From assembly GCA_010093815.1 (NCBI GenBank), contig ML996572.1: 64,000 bases of DNA, one strand, 5' to 3'. This document shows positions 13,771-28,697 of this stretch, piece after piece (positions within the stretch are counted from its first letter, which is position 1; each line of letters opens with the position of its first letter). The notes under the pieces are model-generated. The model searched no databases and had not been told where the DNA came from. It was given only the letters and a program-made list of their open reading frames with translations. The DNA comes from Pseudovirgaria hyperparasitica (lineage: Eukaryota). The position numbers and the translations under genes are program-made.

Positions 13771-14139
13771 ATTTTAGAGGTCGTACCCGGACTATAAACT
13801 TATAGGGGGAGATTAGGACTCTAAAACTAGCTTAGAGGAAGTATATAGCGTGCCTAATAAGGTAGTCTAGACTTACTAGATCGAAGCCACGAGTCCGGAA
13901 AATAGGGAGTCCGGAGTCGCTAGAGGCTAGCCTCTTAAAAGTAGCTATAAAAAGTATATGCATGCTAACACGGGTAATAGCGCGACTCGAAAATGTCTTA
14001 GAGGAATAGAATATAAAATAGGGCTAGATGAAGTAGTAAAGAAGAGTTCAAAAACGATAAATATAACCTATTTAGTACTACTATAGCTGTTATTTATAAA
14101 TACGGCTACACGAGTATACTACTTTAGAAACGCCTTACA

Positions 14140-17100
14140 CGAAGATAATAATATAAGTAGAATACCGTAAACCTTATATTAATAAAGACGATAGTAATAG
14201 TTTACCTTATAAAGGGATTAGTTAATATAGAGAAGGGATAATAGGTGTTATAGATAGACGTATTAGGCTAACCTTTAGTTAAGGTAATCCCTTAACTAAT
14301 AACCTTACCCCTAGCGTCTCTACTAGTATACCTACTACTAGTAATAGTGCGATAGGAGCTTAAAATAATAACCTAGTAACTCGTAGAGAGATACTTAACT
14401 TCTTCGTAGCATTTACGCGATAAGGAAGGATAATATCTCTACCTACCCTAGCCCCTAAGCGCTTTAAAGGAATAAACATCACGGCCTTCCTTTGGAAGTA
14501 CGAGGACATATATATAAACTACGAAGTTCCGCCTAATAAGAAGATAATCTCCCTACTATTATACTACGAGGACTATCTCCGTCCTACTATTAAAGGAATA
14601 AGTAGGTTTTAGAAATAGTAGTAGGCTATACTACGTGAAGAATTATTAAAGGAATTCTCTCTATTTAACTCTACCCTTAAGGAAGGCACTATCTACTTTA
14701 TCTAAAAATACGTGGAAATAGTTAAAGTAGACCTATCCTACTCTCTCCCTATATACTACTCCTAGTATCATGTTATTACGGAGAAACTTACGGCTAAAGG
14801 AAGCCTAAGCTTATATTCGCGAATAGAGCTCTTCCTAGAAGGGCTGCCTAATAGTCTTAAGGCTCGGGCTATAGAGAAATGTTAACTTACGATAGAAGCA
14901 TATAGTTATAACTAGGTAATTATCTATAGCTTCGTATTACGAAAGGCTAGAGCACTTAAGGAACTAGCTCGTATTAATAAGTACTTAGCCGTATAAGAGC
15001 TAGCCATAGCCATATACCATAAATCAAAGATAGGGAGTAAGAAGACCGGCTTAGAAGAGTAGTTATATGAAGAAAGAAGAACTAATAAATTTAACTACCT
15101 CTCTCTAGTTATAGTATATATCGCGCTAGGATCGGATAAGTTTAACGAGATAGTAGAGAGATTTAGTAAACTAGACCTTACGTTAATTAAGATGAAGTCC
15201 TACTTTACCTCTAATCCCTTATTTCTATCTCTTAAGAAGTACGAACCTAAGCTACTTTCGGCTATTATTAACTAGTAGACGCGAAGGCTAAATCTTTTAG
15301 TATATCCCTAAGTATAAGGCATGCCTATAGAACTAACGTAAGTTTATCTATAGAATTATATATAGAATAGAGAATACGTCTCTACCCGAGACTCCTAAGG
15401 AGATATTATAGCCTAGGATAGGCCTTAAAGACTGATTATGTATATCACGTACGGAGGAGATTACCTAATATATAGATGTCCGGAGATAGTAGGATACATT
15501 AGAGACGGATTACTAAATATTAACGGGGTATAAGTATTCTAAGGGCGTTTCGGGGCGAACGGAGAAGAAATCCCATTACTACCCTCCTTAGTAGGGCTAT
15601 AAGCTACTCTATAAGCTATCCGGAACTATATAGTAACGGTTTAAAACGGCCTAAGCTAGTACGGAGGAGGAGTAAAGGTTTCTACGTCTATAGTAAATAT
15701 TAACGCTTCATAGGGAGTACTAGTATATAGTATTAGTATAAAACCTATAAAGGGTCCCTACTAGACCTCGGCGGATAGCGATTCGGAAGAAGAAGTCATA
15801 TCGCCCGAGAGTAAGAAAGATAGATATATAGAATTCTATAAACGCTTTAACGTGGCTAGTAATAGATATATCCGCGAGGAGATAGCCCTAGAAGAGCCTA
15901 CTATACTCGTAATATCTAGAAGGGGGATTACGAAGAGTATACCTAATTATACTAAGGAAAGAAAGATCGCCTATCTCCGCGGAATGCGTGAAGGGTAGTA
16001 TATAAGGATTATTAAGAAATAGAAGGACGGTAAGAAGAGTAGCGACTAGGGAACGTCTAAATAAGAGCTAATAGCGCTAGAGGATAAGATAGATAAAGGG
16101 GATAGCCTAAATCCTAGTTAAAAGGCACGTATCCGAGGCGTTAAGCTTAATAACTATCTACGTGAAGGATAGCGGCTAAGTATAGAAGCTAGCGAAGCAT
16201 GGCTAGTGCGCGTTCTAGGGATAACTATAAACATTACTATTAGCGAACTATTAAGCCTTAATAGCGACCTATATTATGCGGTATTTAAGAAGGGCGCCCC
16301 CGACTTCATAGCTAGAGAGGTCTATAAGACTTAAGAAGAGAGAGCCGAGAAGAAAGGAAGAAACGACTATACTATAGCTTCTAAGATAAATAAACTTAAT
16401 ATATTAGCACCCCTCTATACCACGGGGACGGCTATTATATAATAAGATATTAATTAGCTTAAGAAAGGGATAGTAAGGCTAGTGGCCGAGTGTCCGAGGT
16501 ACCCCGTAGAAGTTAGTCCTAAAAGGGCGACTAGTATAGTACTATTTAATAGTAGCGCATAGATAAATAGTATTCGACTAGATACTACGAGGCGTCTTAG
16601 GCTAGTAATATCTTTACTTCTACCATATATAAAGAACTCGAGTTTAGTTAGCGCTACTTAGTATAGTACTCTATTCGTAGGAATAGTATAGTAATACTCT
16701 ATCTATATAGGTCGGATTATTACGGCTACTTTAATATTCGTATATAGTAAACTTAATTATAACCTTATCCTAGGGGAGCTATATACTAGATAGGCCTTAC
16801 TTACGGTATAGAGGTTAGCCTCTAGGTAAGTACTCTTAATAGTCTACTCCGTATATAGATAAGAACGTATAACCTTTAAAACTAGTCCGGATAAGTATAT
16901 TCTAGTCTTAGAGAAGGAGGGTAACTCTATAGCTAGAGACTAACTATATAGCGGAGTATATCGCCGGAAGCCGGAGTTAAGCCGGATTATTAGTTAAGGG
17001 CTACCCTTAACTAATAATCCGTACTAAATAGGGTCTAGTAAACCTACTAACGAAGGGGATAGACTATATTTTTATACGGATATAGAAATGAGTTATATAG

Positions 17101-20100
17101 AGTTGCTTTCTAAGAAAATCCGGCCTGAAAATGTTACTCGGTTATTAAGAAAAGATAACTTAGCCGCCCTAGTTACGGTGGTAAGGTATACTACCTTCGT
17201 ATATAAATAAGGCATAATAATAGAACGGCTTATAGTAGGCTCCACCGGCCTCTAAAGACGGTATTTATCTGGGGTATTAAAGGGATTTAGTATGGCTACC
17301 ATGTATAAAAGAAAGGGAGTTAAAGTACACCCTGTGGATAACTCCGAAGCCCACTAAAAGGTTCCTAGGAATCTATTAGGGTATCTAGACTAGCGTAAAC
17401 GAGTAATCGCATAGTAGGTACTTCTTCTAGCCGTCTACCTAGGCCTTAATATATTTAATAGGCTAATAGAGTCTCGAAGGGTAACTATCCCGCTAGGAAC
17501 ACGTCTAACGCCTCTATATATAAGTTAGCTAAAGATTAAAATAGAGCTACGTCCCGCGGAACTTAAGTTACTATATATAATCTTATTATATCGCGAGGAA
17601 GCACTAGTATAGAAATTCTTATACCTTAGTAAATTTAATAAAGAGGTAGCACCTCCGTAGGAGATCCGAACGGTAGAACATAAGGTATAGTAGACTAAGA
17701 ACTTTAATATTTCTAGAGCCCTTTATAGAAAGGTACTTACGATCCTAAAAGAGCGTCTTAATAGCGGAAGGCTTAAGCCCTATAGTAGTCCTTATTAAAA
17801 CGCCTATTTTCTCGTGGAAAAGAAGAAGGAAGCTAATAAGGAACGAGATTATAGGTTAATTAATTCGGCGATAGAAATTAACCGAGTTACTATTCGTGAT
17901 ACGGCTACGCCGCCCTCGTGTAAAGAGTTCTTAGAGTACTTTACGGGGATGGCCGTCTTAATATTTACCGACTTCTTCTTAGGATACGATTAGATTCTAT
18001 TAGTAGAGTATTACTAAGACTTAACGGGGTTTATAACGCCCCTAGAATTACTACGTAGGATAATATTACCTTAAGGGGCTACTAATTTAGTAGCTTAGTT
18101 CGTTAGAATTATATTAACTATTATATAGGAACATATCCCGGAGAGGGCTCTACTATTCCTAGATGACTTAGGTATTAAAGGACCTATAACGAAATATAAC
18201 TCTAAGGAGGCCCTGCCTAGAATTTATAGGTATATTCTAGAATATTTAATTAACGTGGATAAGGTTCTCGCGGATATAGAGCGCGCTAGATACGCCCTAA
18301 GTAGTAAGAAGACTTAGTGGTATGTTAAAGCCGCTAACGTTATAGAATACGTCTACGACATTAAAGGGAGGCGACCGAGTAATAAAAAGGTTACTACTAT
18401 TAGGGACTAGAAACCCTATAAAAACACGATAAATGTGTGAGCCTTCCTTAGCGTTTATATATATTTCCAGATATAGATCCCCGGGTACGCTATTATTACA
18501 TCGCCGCTATTTATACTATTAAAGAATAAATCGGCCTAGTAGTAGATAGCTAAGGAGTAGACCTCGATGGACGCGCTAAAGATAACTCTAACTACTACTC
18601 CTATACTAATAACGTTACGGTACGGGATAGATACGGGAGATATAATTCTAGTAGTAGACTCTAGTAACGTTAGGTAGGGAGCTACATTAATATAGAAGAA
18701 CGAGAATTATAAATATTAGCTATCGCGGTATAATAGAGGAATATAGTTAAAAGCTAAGAGAAACTACGACACCGTGAAGCTAGAGTACCGAGCCCTCCTC
18801 TATGCGTTATAGAAGTTCCGGTAATATCTCTATGGTATATACTTTATTATAGAAATAGATATAAATACTCTAGTCGCTTAAATTAACCACACCGTAACTA
18901 ACTTACTAGGGGCGCTCGTTACTAGGTAGCTCGCGTGGATTTAGCTATAGAACTTTATAGTTAGGCACGTACCTAGGAAGCGTAACGTAGTTACTAATGG
19001 TATCTCACGGATATATAAAGAAGAAGAACCACTAGATGTCTCTACCTTTAACCTAGATAAGTTCATAGATATAGCTCTATATATAGACGTGCTAGAGACG
19101 TTATTAATTAAGCCCGTTAGCGGGAGAGATTACACGATAGAGATACTCGACTATACCGCCATTAAGTCTCCCTTAATAGATGAATATAGCGATAAATAGT
19201 AGAGGATTACGAAGTACCTTACTATACTCAAGAGGCTAACTAACCTAACCGACCGAGCGTATAAGGCCTTTATAACCGACTATCTAAAGTTCCTTATATA
19301 TAACTAAATACTCTAGCGGAGAGGAGATAGGCATCGCTAATATACACGAGTAATTAAGGATCCGAATACTAGGGCGCGTATAATTACCGCTACTTATAAC
19401 GAGATAGATTATAGAGATAGCGAAGGGACCCTCGGAAGGATTAAGGATAAGTATTAGTAGGTAGATATATATAGAGACGTGCGATAGCACGTAAAAACCT
19501 ATAATAAATATTAATAATAAAGTAAACTCCTCGGAGGTCTTAATAAAGGGCTCTACCACATTATAACGCCTATTCTTTAGTAAAGAATATACTTAGACAT
19601 AACGACGCTACTACCTTCCATAGAGTATAGTAAAGTAGTATCTATATAAGAATAGCTAAGCGGATAGACTAAGGCGGAGGTATATACGGCGGCTACGTCC
19701 ATAGTCGTCGTAAAGTTCCTCTTTAAGAACGTAATCTATAGATACGGAATCATTCCTAAAATTACCTATAATAGTAGTAGAGAAAATATAGGTGCTATAG
19801 AGGAGCTCCTCTAACTCTATAGAATTTATTAGAAGGTTACGTCTACGTATAATCCCCGAGTAAATAGGATTATTAAGAGAAGTTTTATACTACTCGCTAA
19901 TGCTCTCGCGAAGATAACTAATAGTGGATTCAAGAACTAGCCCGGCCACCTCCATATAGTCGTCTAGGTAGATAGAATAACGACACGTGCTAGTATAGGG
20001 TATAGTACCGTATACCTCGTGCTCGGCCATAAACTAATTATACCTATCGAAGTCGAATTCGAGTCGCTCTAAATACTCCCTTAGGATAAGGTACGATTAA

Positions 20101-20654
20101 CATCCGACTTACTCGCTCTTTAAGCTAGATAACTTAAGAGAAGATCCGAGGATCTTAAGGAGGCCTATATCCACACGACACGAACGCGTAAGGAATTAAG
20201 AGAGGCATAGAATAACGACCATTACCTTCGTTAAGAGTCGTTACTAGTCGATACAATTATCCTCCTATACGACTCGCAGCGATAGAAGGATATAGGGCGG
20301 AAGCTAAGGTAGCATTAGAGGGGGCTATATAGAATCTAGTCTATATTTAATTATACTTATAAGCTCGCGGAGCTTAATAGAGCCATGCTTAGAGGGATAT
20401 TTTCTAGCCATAGGTTAAAGAAATATTTTATAAGAAATATAAGTAACGAGAGTTACGACGAGCCCTCGCGACCACTAATTAGAAGAATTACCGAGGAACA
20501 TAAGGAGAGTAGCGATAAGGAAAACTATTATAAATAACTCATGGAACACCTTAACGACGCCACACGAACCCGGGTAGAAGTGGTAATTCCTACTCCGCAA
20601 GACTTTAATAGAGAAGAATATTTACGTTTCCCTAGAATCGACATCTCCTTCTAG
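14140..20654 (+). pseudogene. gag-pol of copy 1
   Basis: RT motif FLDDLGIKGP at about 18156; colinear with copy 2 gag-pol. Start approximate. Confidence 0.9.
16986..17018. promoter_or_regulatory. 33-bp palindrome, site 1 (function unknown)
   Basis: ATTATTAGTTAAGGGC-T-ACCCTTAACTAATAAT, with one RIP-type mismatch. Confidence 0.6.
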
Positions 20655-21334
20655 GGGATAGAAGTTTTTTTAAGAAGGGAAGGGATACTTATAAAAGTAG
20701 CCTCATAACGATAAACTCCATTATCGAAAAAGGATAATGAACTCCATTATCGAAAGAGGATAATAAACTCTATTATTACTATAAAATAATAAAACTCATT
20801 ATTAAAGCAAGCAATGCTCGAAAGAAGACATAATAGCGTTTACGCGAAATTCCACCTACCACACATTAAAACCGGTCGTATAATCGAAGCCTACCCATCG
20901 AAGGTCTATTTCATTACTATAGAACGGGCCCTATTAGAAACTAATAAGAAAGAAAAGAAGGAGGAGGTATAGGAGAAAAAGATACTTATAGAAAGTCTTA
21001 TAAGGATAAGAATATACCCAGTATCTATTTATTTATAGATTCCGCCATATACCCGGTAGACACATTTATTTATAGATTTCCTATATACCTAGTATATATT
21101 CATTCATAGATTTAACACGTATACGGGCCTACGGCCGTTAGTAAGGATCATTTATAAAAATCACTATATACCCGGCATTCGAGGAGGCATAAAAAGAGAA
21201 CTTAAGATAGTATATAACTCTTCCCTCTTACACCTCTCTATACCTCCTTAATTAATAAAACCTCCTCCTCCACTTCCGCCTCGCTTAATTATCTCTCCTT
21301 AGAACGTAACTTACCGATAGAACCGATAATAATA

Positions 21335-24268
21335 ATAGCCCCGCCGAAAAAGAAAACGTCTATCTATAAAAAGTTATAAGATCGTTAAGTACTAATAAGA
21401 TAGACACGGTCCTAGTCAAGAGTTATAAGTGCTAAAGTAGGGCTATCGACGGCTATCGTGGTATTAAGGCCATCTACTACTCTATATGGATAGGCTATAG
21501 AAGCTACGGAAGTAAATAAGTCTACTATTAACCGAATTATCGCTATCTAGAACCTATAAGAGCGATAGGACTATATTCTAGACACGTTTAATAATCTCCT
21601 TTACATTACTAGCCTCATAGAATAGCTCTTAAGTAGTATAGTTAACCTCTTCTAGGAAGTAGGAGCCGTAATAGGGTATAGTAAGGTAAAGATTAACTCC
21701 TCCATTCCGAAAGAAGTCTATAAGATAATTCGTCATGGAAGAGATACTAACTCCCGTATCCTAAAAGCCAAAAATGTAATCCTATAAAACTAGCGAAAAG
21801 ACCTCCCTAATAATAATAGCTAGTCACTCTAATCCGCTCTTAGACAGCTCTAGTAAATATAGAACTTTATAGAAAAGCTAGTAGCGCTCTTATGAATACG
21901 GACATAGGCGAGAGCAAGGAACTAGTTAAACGTATCTCTATAGTCCTAAATCGGCTAGGGATAGAAGGGAAGAGGAATTAAGGTATATCTTTAGAGCTCT
22001 AATATCGATGCCGCCCTAGCTAGTAATAGTAATAAGAACGGTCTATCTCTCTAGTAACTCTCGAACTACTCTAGCTAATAAAATAAACTAATATTCTATA
22101 ATAAGACGGGACTTATCATCCCCGCCAGTTAATAGTCACGGATAAATAGAATGGTTTATAGGCCCGTTGAACACTACCTATAAATTAAAGAGATAAGTAT
22201 ATCGCCTCCGCCTTAGACCTTACCGTCGCTAAAACCAGCGTAGGTAACGCCTACGGTAAAGTCCCCTCTATAAAGCACGCCTTCTAGTTTAGTAGCATGT
22301 TATCTCTTCGAAGCTAGTCGTCTATTTAAAGTAAGTATTCCTTCTACTACTACTAGTGTACGTCCCTTACCGGGCCATACGAGAACCTCTTTAGTACCTA
22401 TTACGGCCACGCCGATAAAACCCACTCGCGGACATGCCTTATCTACCGGCCCTTAGTAATTACTAGGGGCGCCTATACGATAATCCCCGGTTATTCTTAG
22501 TTTATACCCTAAGATAATAGTATTAGTCGAGGAAGAGGACGAGCCTAAGAAGTATTGATGCGCGCCTTTAGTAATGAAGACTTTTAAGGCAGCTATATTA
22601 TTAAAGAAGAATTTCACGAGTATTAAGGGAATAGCCCTACTAGTGCGCTAGAAAGCGTAGATAGGTAATATAGCTATTCCGTATAAAGTCTACTATAAGC
22701 ATTACTAAGACGTGGCTAGAAAGAATAATATACTCGTTAGCGTGTCCTACTTAAACCTAGTAGCGAGACTTAAAATAGTATATAAGTTTAGAGATAACGT
22801 AGGGGCCCTTAAAGTTTATAAGGACCGCTATACCTAGTTCGCGAAGTACGCGCGGCTACCTTATCCGATAGAGGTATTAGATATCTATCGTTACTAGGCC
22901 CTAGAGACCCCGAAGCAAGTTATTAATATTAAAACCATCCTTACTAGTATCGTATTTATAATTTAGAAGAAGGATAGTAGAATAGATAGGTAACTCTTTA
23001 ACGAGTAGGAACGTACTAGAAGTATTAATATTAAAGGGCTCTTCGAGCTACTTAAAAAGACGACCTCTATACTTAATAAGAGTATCCTAGAACTCGCGAG
23101 GGATGAATTTAATATATACAAGTACTACCAGTGCATGTTTAATAAGAAATTAAACTACGGCTGGCTACGAACTATATACTACTCCTATATCTAATAGTTT
23201 ATTAGATAATACCCACTTTACTAGCTTACCTATATTACTCTTCGGCCCGATCTTAACTACTATCTAATCTCGTACCCGTACTATACGAAGTCCTAGAATA
23301 GAGGTGATAAGACGGGTTTTAAGTATCTTAATAACGCTATTAATCGAATCCTCGATCCTAGTAATAGACACGGGTTTAATATAATCTAGAGAAGCATTAG
23401 TCTTAACGACGAACGAAGTAATGACTATACTATAATTGTTCCCCACTCCTATAAGTTCTTAAATAAATAGTAGTCGAAGGCTAAGCTCCGCGAGGGGGTC
23501 AATCAAAACGGTATAATCACGGCTATTAACGATAAGATCTATAATACGGACGATAAGAAACGATTTAGTCCCTTCGTCCCGGTCCCCTACTAGTCCCTTA
23601 AAGTATATATCTCTAGCCTACTAATAATACACGGCGCCTAGGGTCCCGTAAAGGGTGGAAGACGCACGATACTTCCATGGTATATCGCGATTGGCCCCGA
23701 TTACATGATAATGGAAGTATCTAAAATAGATATATAGGAATAACTCGTAGTAGCTCATAGGAATTTAACTCCGGGACCTACGTCTCTATCGGGATTTTCT
23801 AATAAATACGGCGCGATTCCTTTTACCTTCCTAGCTGTAGTTTAACTCCCGAGTTTTAACGCCGTTAGTAACGTATTAGTCGGCCGTAAAAGATAGAATA
23901 GCTAGAAGGTAAAAGAAGAGGTAGCTATGTGGCTTAACGTAAGTCCTTAATAACTTAAAGCTAAGGTAGACGCCTAGTTTAAGGAGGGCTTAAGGGTATT
24001 TATAGAGACCTTTAAGAAAATAGTAAGGTAGGAAAGGCTAGTCTATAGGGATAGGTCGTTCTAGAAGGAATTTAACGAGGCGCGGGCCGCCAAGCGGCTA
24101 ATTAATTTTAAGAAATTCGAGTCTAATATAGGCCTAGGTAATATTAAAGAGAACTTCTATAGATAGAAGAGGCCTAACGAACTATCCGATAAGGAGGAAT
24201 CTAACCTCTCTAAGATAAGCGACACGATTCTTTAGGAGCTGGCTTATGATCTCGAGTACTAAGATTAG
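21335..24268 (+). pseudogene. ORF3 of copy 1: putative 2OG-Fe(II) dioxygenase (PhyH-like)
   Basis: Same 2934-nt frame as ORF3 in copy 2. Keeps the distal His (CAC 23630-23632) and GRRTxLPW; the HxD motif is RIPed to YLN. Confidence 0.75.
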
Positions 24269-24287
24269 GCGCCTAGAAACCTACCTA

Positions 24288-24320
24288 ATTATTAGTTAAG
24301 GGCTACCCTTAACTAATAAT
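24288..24320. promoter_or_regulatory. 33-bp palindrome, site 2 (function unknown)
   Basis: Same palindrome, about 20 bp after the end of ORF3. Confidence 0.6.
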
Positions 24321-24466
24321 CCGGGCTAAGGTTTACCCGCGCCGAGAGGTTTACTAGAGGCGCATTTTATTTATATTAAGGTCTTTCTTTTAGGCGTTCT
24401 TTATATAGTTTCTTATACGGTTACTATACTACTAAGGGTAGTAGTTCTATAGGCCGGGGAGGTATA

Positions 24467-24839
24467 TATAGAAGACCGCTCCTACAGCCCTATATGTATA
24501 TATCCCTGGCTCGATTATATGGCTTTATTATATATTTAAGGAGGGCGTTTTCCTTGGTCATTCTACTCGGCGCGTTTTCCCCTATTACTAATATTCGACT
24601 ATTCGACCTTTTCTTACGTTTATAGGCCTCTATAGGTATTAATTATTAGACTTAGCTATTAAAGAATTAATTAAGAGTATTATATAGACCTATCCTATCG
24701 TAAAAGAGAACTAATAAGAAGTCGTGCGTTTAAAGAGAACTTATAATACCTAGGAGAGATACTTGTGAGTTCGTCGCGACTACTATACTAGGAACATAGC
24801 CATTTACAAAAGAGACACACGTGGCGATGGCTCACCATA
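24467..24839 (+). repeat. 3' LTR of copy 1 (373 bp)
   Basis: Preceded by PPT-like GGCCGGGGAGG; direct repeat of the 5' LTR. Confidence 0.95.
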
Positions 24840-25543
24840 CTATATCTCTATGGCTAGTGTGTTTACGCGTAGATGAGCTTCGCTAGACACGACGATATTC
24901 ATAGGTAGATTATCTATGTCGGTAGTTATAGCCGTATCTATCTTCGATACTACTCTAATATTAGCATCTAGAACTATATATATATATATATATGTCTAAG
25001 TATACTAGCTACGTCGTCTTCCATTTTAGTATCTTCTACGTTCTCTTTCTCCGCATGTTCCGGCGGTAACTATAACTATATCTCTATAGCTAGTATATTT
25101 ACGCGTGGATAAGCTTCGCTAGGCACGACGACATTCGTAGGTAGATTATCTATATTAGTGGTTATAGCTGCACCTATCTTTAATACTACTCTAATGTTAG
25201 TATCTAGAACCGTGTGTATATATATGTGTCTAAGTATACTAGCTACGTCGTCTTCCATTTTAGTATCTTCTATATTCTCTTTCTCCGCATGTTCTAACGG
25301 TAACTATAACTATGTCTCTATAGCTAGTATATTTATATATAGATGAGCTTCGCTAGGCACGACGATATTCGTAGATAGATTATCTATATTAGTAGTTATA
25401 ACCGCGCCTATATTCGATACTACTCTAATGTTAGTATCTAGGACCGTATATATATATATGTGTCTAAGTATACTAGCTGCGTTATCTTCCATTTTAGTAT
25501 CTTCTACATTATCTTTCTCCTTATGTTCTAGCGGTAACTATGT
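24840..25543 (-). repeat. About 3 x 234-bp tandem repeat (78-aa unit) in a RIPed minus-strand ORF truncated by the LTR
   Basis: Units start at 24840, 25076 and 25310. The ORF track shows the duplicated peptide MEDDVASILRH... Confidence 0.85.
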
Positions 25544-26299
25544 CTACGTACCTATACCTATAGTATCTATATCTAGTTTAGCCTCTGTTATATCTATAGT
25601 CGTAACCATCGGTACTAACTTACTATTTATAGCCGCGATATGCCAATTGAATTCTCTAGTAACGGTTTCCTTAACTATCCTATAGAGTATAGTAGTGTCT
25701 ATACCACTAGTTTTAAGCTCTATTACCACTTCTTTACTTACTATCTTAATAATAGTAGCCCTATATATATTATAACTTATTTTAGATATTAGGTATAGGC
25801 CTCGGAGGTACTAGATATAAGGCAGGAGGGCGCTAACGCTTAAGGCCTCTACACGTCGTATATGCGTGTTACGGTTAGCTATTCTATAGCTAGTAGTTAA
25901 ACTAGGATAGTCGTGACTCTCGTTATACCTATCTATTTCTATATACGACTTAGGCCATAGGTAGTAAGACGGCGTTAATGGCGATAAGATATAAAAACTA
26001 GATTTAGGTAGTAGGAGTTAAGTTACTACGTTTAGTAATTATAATGTAATTTCGATAAGTACGGAGGAAGTAAAGTATATAAGTAAATGTTTAATTATTA
26101 GAGTAGATCTTATATAATTATAGTCGTAGTAATAATATAGCTAGTAGGACCGGGCGTATCCCGACGTGAACTAGGTAGATACCGGCTTATACTAGTATCG
26201 TAACGTCTTAACCGAACATGTACGCTATAGTTATATAGCTAGTAGAATCGGGCATATACTAATATATAGTAGATAGAAGCCGTCTTACGTCGGATTATA

Positions 26300-27850
26300 T
26301 CGCCTTAGCCAAGTACGCACGCTACTCTTACTACCTCTAGCACCCTTTTTATTATTCTATTAGTCTTTAAAAGCGATATCTATATCCTCTATATCTAAGG
26401 TACTTTTAAGGCTTTTAAAGTTACTATCTTTAGAGCTCGTAGGTCGGTCTCGCGACTTCCCGGGTACCGATAGTAGTATATATAGTATTACTAGAGGAAG
26501 GGTTAAGTCGTTTAGGTAATACTATCTACTATCTATAATACTATCTCCGTAGGTATCTATACCGTCGTAGGCGGTAGCTTTCTATTACTATTATTATACT
26601 AATCGTAGCGAGTGTAGTATTAGGGACGGAGGGGCGGATTTATTCAAGCGTAACCTATATATAGCTATCTATACTATCATGTGTTAGTTACTGGTTTATA
26701 TTTTATTTTACTTCGGGTATACTATCTATATCCTATCTAAGGCTAAGGAGTATTATACTATTACTATATTCTAGGACACATTCGATTACTAACTATAGAA
26801 GCCATCTAATATCTATCTCTAGTTCCGTTTTACTTATCATATACTTGACCACTAGTATAATAGAATATATGGTAGCACGGCTCTAGTTAAGTGCCCTCCT
26901 AGTCTTTATTACGTATTAGACCCTAATTTACCGTATGAATACTATCGAATTAATACACGAAGCGTCGCTATAGTCTTTCTACTAGTTAGACGTAGGTACT
27001 AGTATTTCGAGGAATGCGTTATCGTCGAACCTAATTATAAATTTAATTTTTCTCGTAGTATATACGTTAGTAGGCTGTGAGACTACTACGAGTATAGACT
27101 ATAAGGTCATGGTATACGAGAGCTATAAGGTCGTAATAGGCGGGGGTTATAAGATCGCGATAGGCGGAGGTTATAAGGTTATAATAGGCGGGGATTATAA
27201 GATCGTAGGATGCAGGGCTATAATTACACGCCTCTTCTTATACTTAGAGATAGTTTTTCTATAATATATAGTTTTCTATACTATAGTATATACCTAGTCG
27301 TAGATATAGTATAGCGCCTTTATCTCTATGCACTCTACTACTCTTTTCTATACTACTAGGAATTCGCCCGCTACCTTATTAATAATCTCACGTACTCTTT
27401 TTACGCCGAGCTCGTTCTTAGTTTAACGTCTATAGTCTACGAGTAGAGTAGCCATATATACTTCTATATATAGCTACCTTATACGCGCCTCTATAGCTTT
27501 ACGCTTTACTTATATATCTAGGCTTAAGATGCGAAGTAGTACTATGGTAATTACTATATTCGGACGGTTACTTTGTTATAGAATTGGATTCGATATATTA
27601 ATCGTATATAGTTAACGTACGTAGTTAATATAGTATTTATAATTTACGGACTAATTATATAGTATATACGTAGTATATCGTGGGCGTAAGGAAGACGGAG
27701 GTATAGGTTAGACGATAGAGATAGAAGCCGGAATAATGAGGTACCTACTAGGTGAACCTCGTTTATGTTCTTATTATTCCTTAAACACGCGTTTATAACA
27801 CGCACGTGACTTAGCGTGGCGTAGTTAGGCGTGTAGTTATTCACTTTATA
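26300..27850 (-). pseudogene. RIP-degraded unknown ORF with a 21-bp PPIxxLQ repeat (about 27100-27200)
   Basis: Long minus frame interrupted only by RIP-type stops; no recognisable domain. Confidence 0.35.
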
Positions 27851-28610
27851 TCGTCTAATACCCTTAATAGAATTAGATAGCCATGATTCTTATCTCGCAA
27901 TATTATATCGTAGACGACTACGTCTAGGATAGTATATGGCTACGCATGTACGAGGTGCCGCGTTAGTCTTATCCCATTTTATATTTATATACTTATCCCT
28001 AGGTACTCTCCGAGTATTATAAGCCTATATTTCATCGTATTCGAGTGTCGTATCCTTCTATGCTTTTAAAGTACGCGATATTTAGGTTTACTATATCCCG
28101 TATATATTATAGTTAAAGTCTAAAGGTAGAGGCTTTAATTAGGGCGTATGTTTTTTTATATTTTCTCTTTAGATAGTAATATCTCCCGATATAAAGGCTA
28201 GAAGTAGTTTTAAAAGTATAAAGGGGATAACTAAAGGAAGCCTACGTTATTAGGCCGGGGCTCATAGTAGATATAGAATCGTGTTTATTTCTTAATCGGT
28301 AGGTACTAGTTAACGTACCTAGTGGCGCCGTATTATCTAATAGCGCGTCTATACTAGAGTAGACGTAATAGAAATACCCTTAATAGGTCTTTAATAGAGC
28401 TAAACTATCTACCTAGTAGGATGTCGTGACTATATCTAAAATAGATATAGAGGTATACTTACTAAGAAGCCGTGACTAAGTAGCTCTAACACGTGAGTCT
28501 AATCGTATACTATTACTAATTAACTTCTATATCTTTATATATCGTAATACCGCCGTCTCGGTCGGTATCCTCGTAGTCTCTATCGTTCTAGCCGCTAGTA
28601 GTTACTTTAT

Positions 28611-28697
28611 TAGTAGTATTAGCTCTAGTAGTATTAGTTCTAGTAGTATTAGTTCTAGTGGCATTAGCTCTAGTAGCATTAGCTCTAGTAGTATTAA
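28611..28697. repeat. 15-bp tandem repeat (about 6 copies) in the helicase C-terminal part
   Basis: (AGTAGTATTAGYTCT)n. Confidence 0.85.

Larger units (their letters stand above)
13398..24839 (+). mobile_element. Full-length Ty3/Gypsy (Ylt1-like) LTR retrotransposon, copy 1, heavily RIPed
   Basis: 373-bp LTRs, PBS, gag-PR-RT-RH-IN, extra ORF3 and PPT. Colinear with copy 2. No matching TSD (GTAG left, CTAT right). Confidence 0.95.
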
